A DNA stretch of 59,981 bases, filler included. It is 5 parts of 5 records of this genome, joined end to end, with 100 filler letters (N's around TTAATTAATTAA, not from the genome) between each part and the next. Parts side by side here need not be neighbours in the genome. Positions count along the whole stretch, not along the records: positions 47,628 to 59,981 come from SRR22947727_5445; 4 more parts are not named here. One strand, written 5' to 3'. Position numbers and translations under genes: made by a program. Shown piece by piece: positions 59,316 to 59,981 of this stretch. The notes below the pieces were generated by a model. The model searched no databases, was not told where the DNA came from, and saw only the letters and a list, made by a program, of their open reading frames with translations. The first letter of the stretch is position 1. Each line of letters opens with the position of its first letter.

Positions 59316-59981
59316 TTATTTTCCAATAATAAAAATACAAGGTCTCTTGTGTAGTTCGGGATTGTTCTTTTTCCAATAAGAAATAGGGGCAGTTTTAATA
59401 AAAGCGTTGGCCAAACTGATGTCACAAGCGATGCATAAATTTGTACTACTTTGAAGTTGCTTACACAAGCTGTCAAACATAGCATTGTTTCTATAGGGTG
59501 TTTCAATAAAAAGTTGGGTTTGGTCTTTTTGCAGGGCCAACTGCTCAAGTTGTTTAATAGACTTAGCTCGCTCTTGATTATCTATAGGTAGGTACCCGTT
59601 AAAAGCAAAACTTTGTCCATTAAATCCACTAGCCATTAGAGACAATAAAATGGAAGAAGGTCCTACTAAAGGAATGACTGAAATTCCTTTTTCATGAGCT
59701 ATAGCAACTATATCTGCTCCTGGATCTGCAATACCAGGACAACCTGCTTCTGAGATAATACCTACATTCTCCCCCTCAAGGCAAGGATCTAAATAAGACG
59801 GAAGTAGAGAGAAATCTGTAAATTTATTAAGGGTTTCTATTTTTAGACTCCCTTGGGCTTTTTTAGGACAAATTTTCTTAATAAACCGACGGGCAGTTTT
59901 TTCGTTTTCTACTATAAAATAAGTCGTTTCTTCTATGATTTTTTTTACTGATAAAGGAAGTACTTCCAAAGGTTCATTGTC
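59316..59981 (-). CDS. RsmI-like SAM-dependent (tetrapyrrole-methylase family) methyltransferase, 5'-truncated
   Basis: VENEKTAR, SEAGCPGIADPG, GPSS, IETPYRN. Confidence 0.85.
   Translation of the reverse strand, partial: DNEPLEVLPLSVKKIIEETTYFIVENEKTARRFIKKICPKKAQGSLKIETLNKFTDFSLLPSYLDPCLEGENVGIISEAGCPGIADPGADIVAIAHEKGISVIPLVGPSSILLSLMASGFNGQSFAFNGYLPIDNQERAKSIKQLEQLALQKDQTQLFIETPYRNNAMFDSLCKQLQSSTNLCIACDISLANAFIKTAPISYWKKNNPELHKRPCIFIIGK

Overview
The window is not one genome. It is five unrelated contigs, probably from a marine metagenome, joined by 100-bp artificial linkers (N-run/TTAATTAATTAA/N-run at 9728-9827, 26862-26961, 33426-33525, 47528-47627). (1) 1-9727: AT-rich gammaproteobacterial (SAR86-like, inferred) central-carbon region with oadGAB, gap-pyk-marC-pgl, hexR and partial aceE, plus two HexR-type palindromes. 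(2) 9828-26861: a podophage fragment of the HMO-2011/pelagiphage type. It carries early genes (DUF932, DenV-like, GP88-like), primase, an inserted PD-(D/E)XK nuclease, helicase, a family A polymerase with a DnaJ-type zinc finger, SSB-like and Cas4-like exonuclease genes and a phosphoesterase. On the opposite strand lie a modular ParB+GNAT-like protein and a cluster of tiny basic proteins. (3) 26962-33425: an MFP-RND-OMF efflux operon whose OMF seems to start at ATA, plus a small lipoprotein. (4) 33526-47527: a very AT-rich (SAR11/HIMB59-like, inferred) sugar island with an SqvD-like isomerase and YihT-like aldolase (candidate hybrid sulfoglycolysis), a carbohydrate ABC transporter, three Gfo/Idh/MocA enzymes, uronate isomerase, a TIM-barrel protein, an SDR and a mannitol-dehydrogenase-family gene. 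(5) 47628-59981: Flavobacteriia housekeeping region (glycerate kinase, GntP, icd, rplS with leader, trmD, htrA, dapF, mltG) with TAnnTTTG promoters. All family assignments come from motif recognition by eye; no searches were run.
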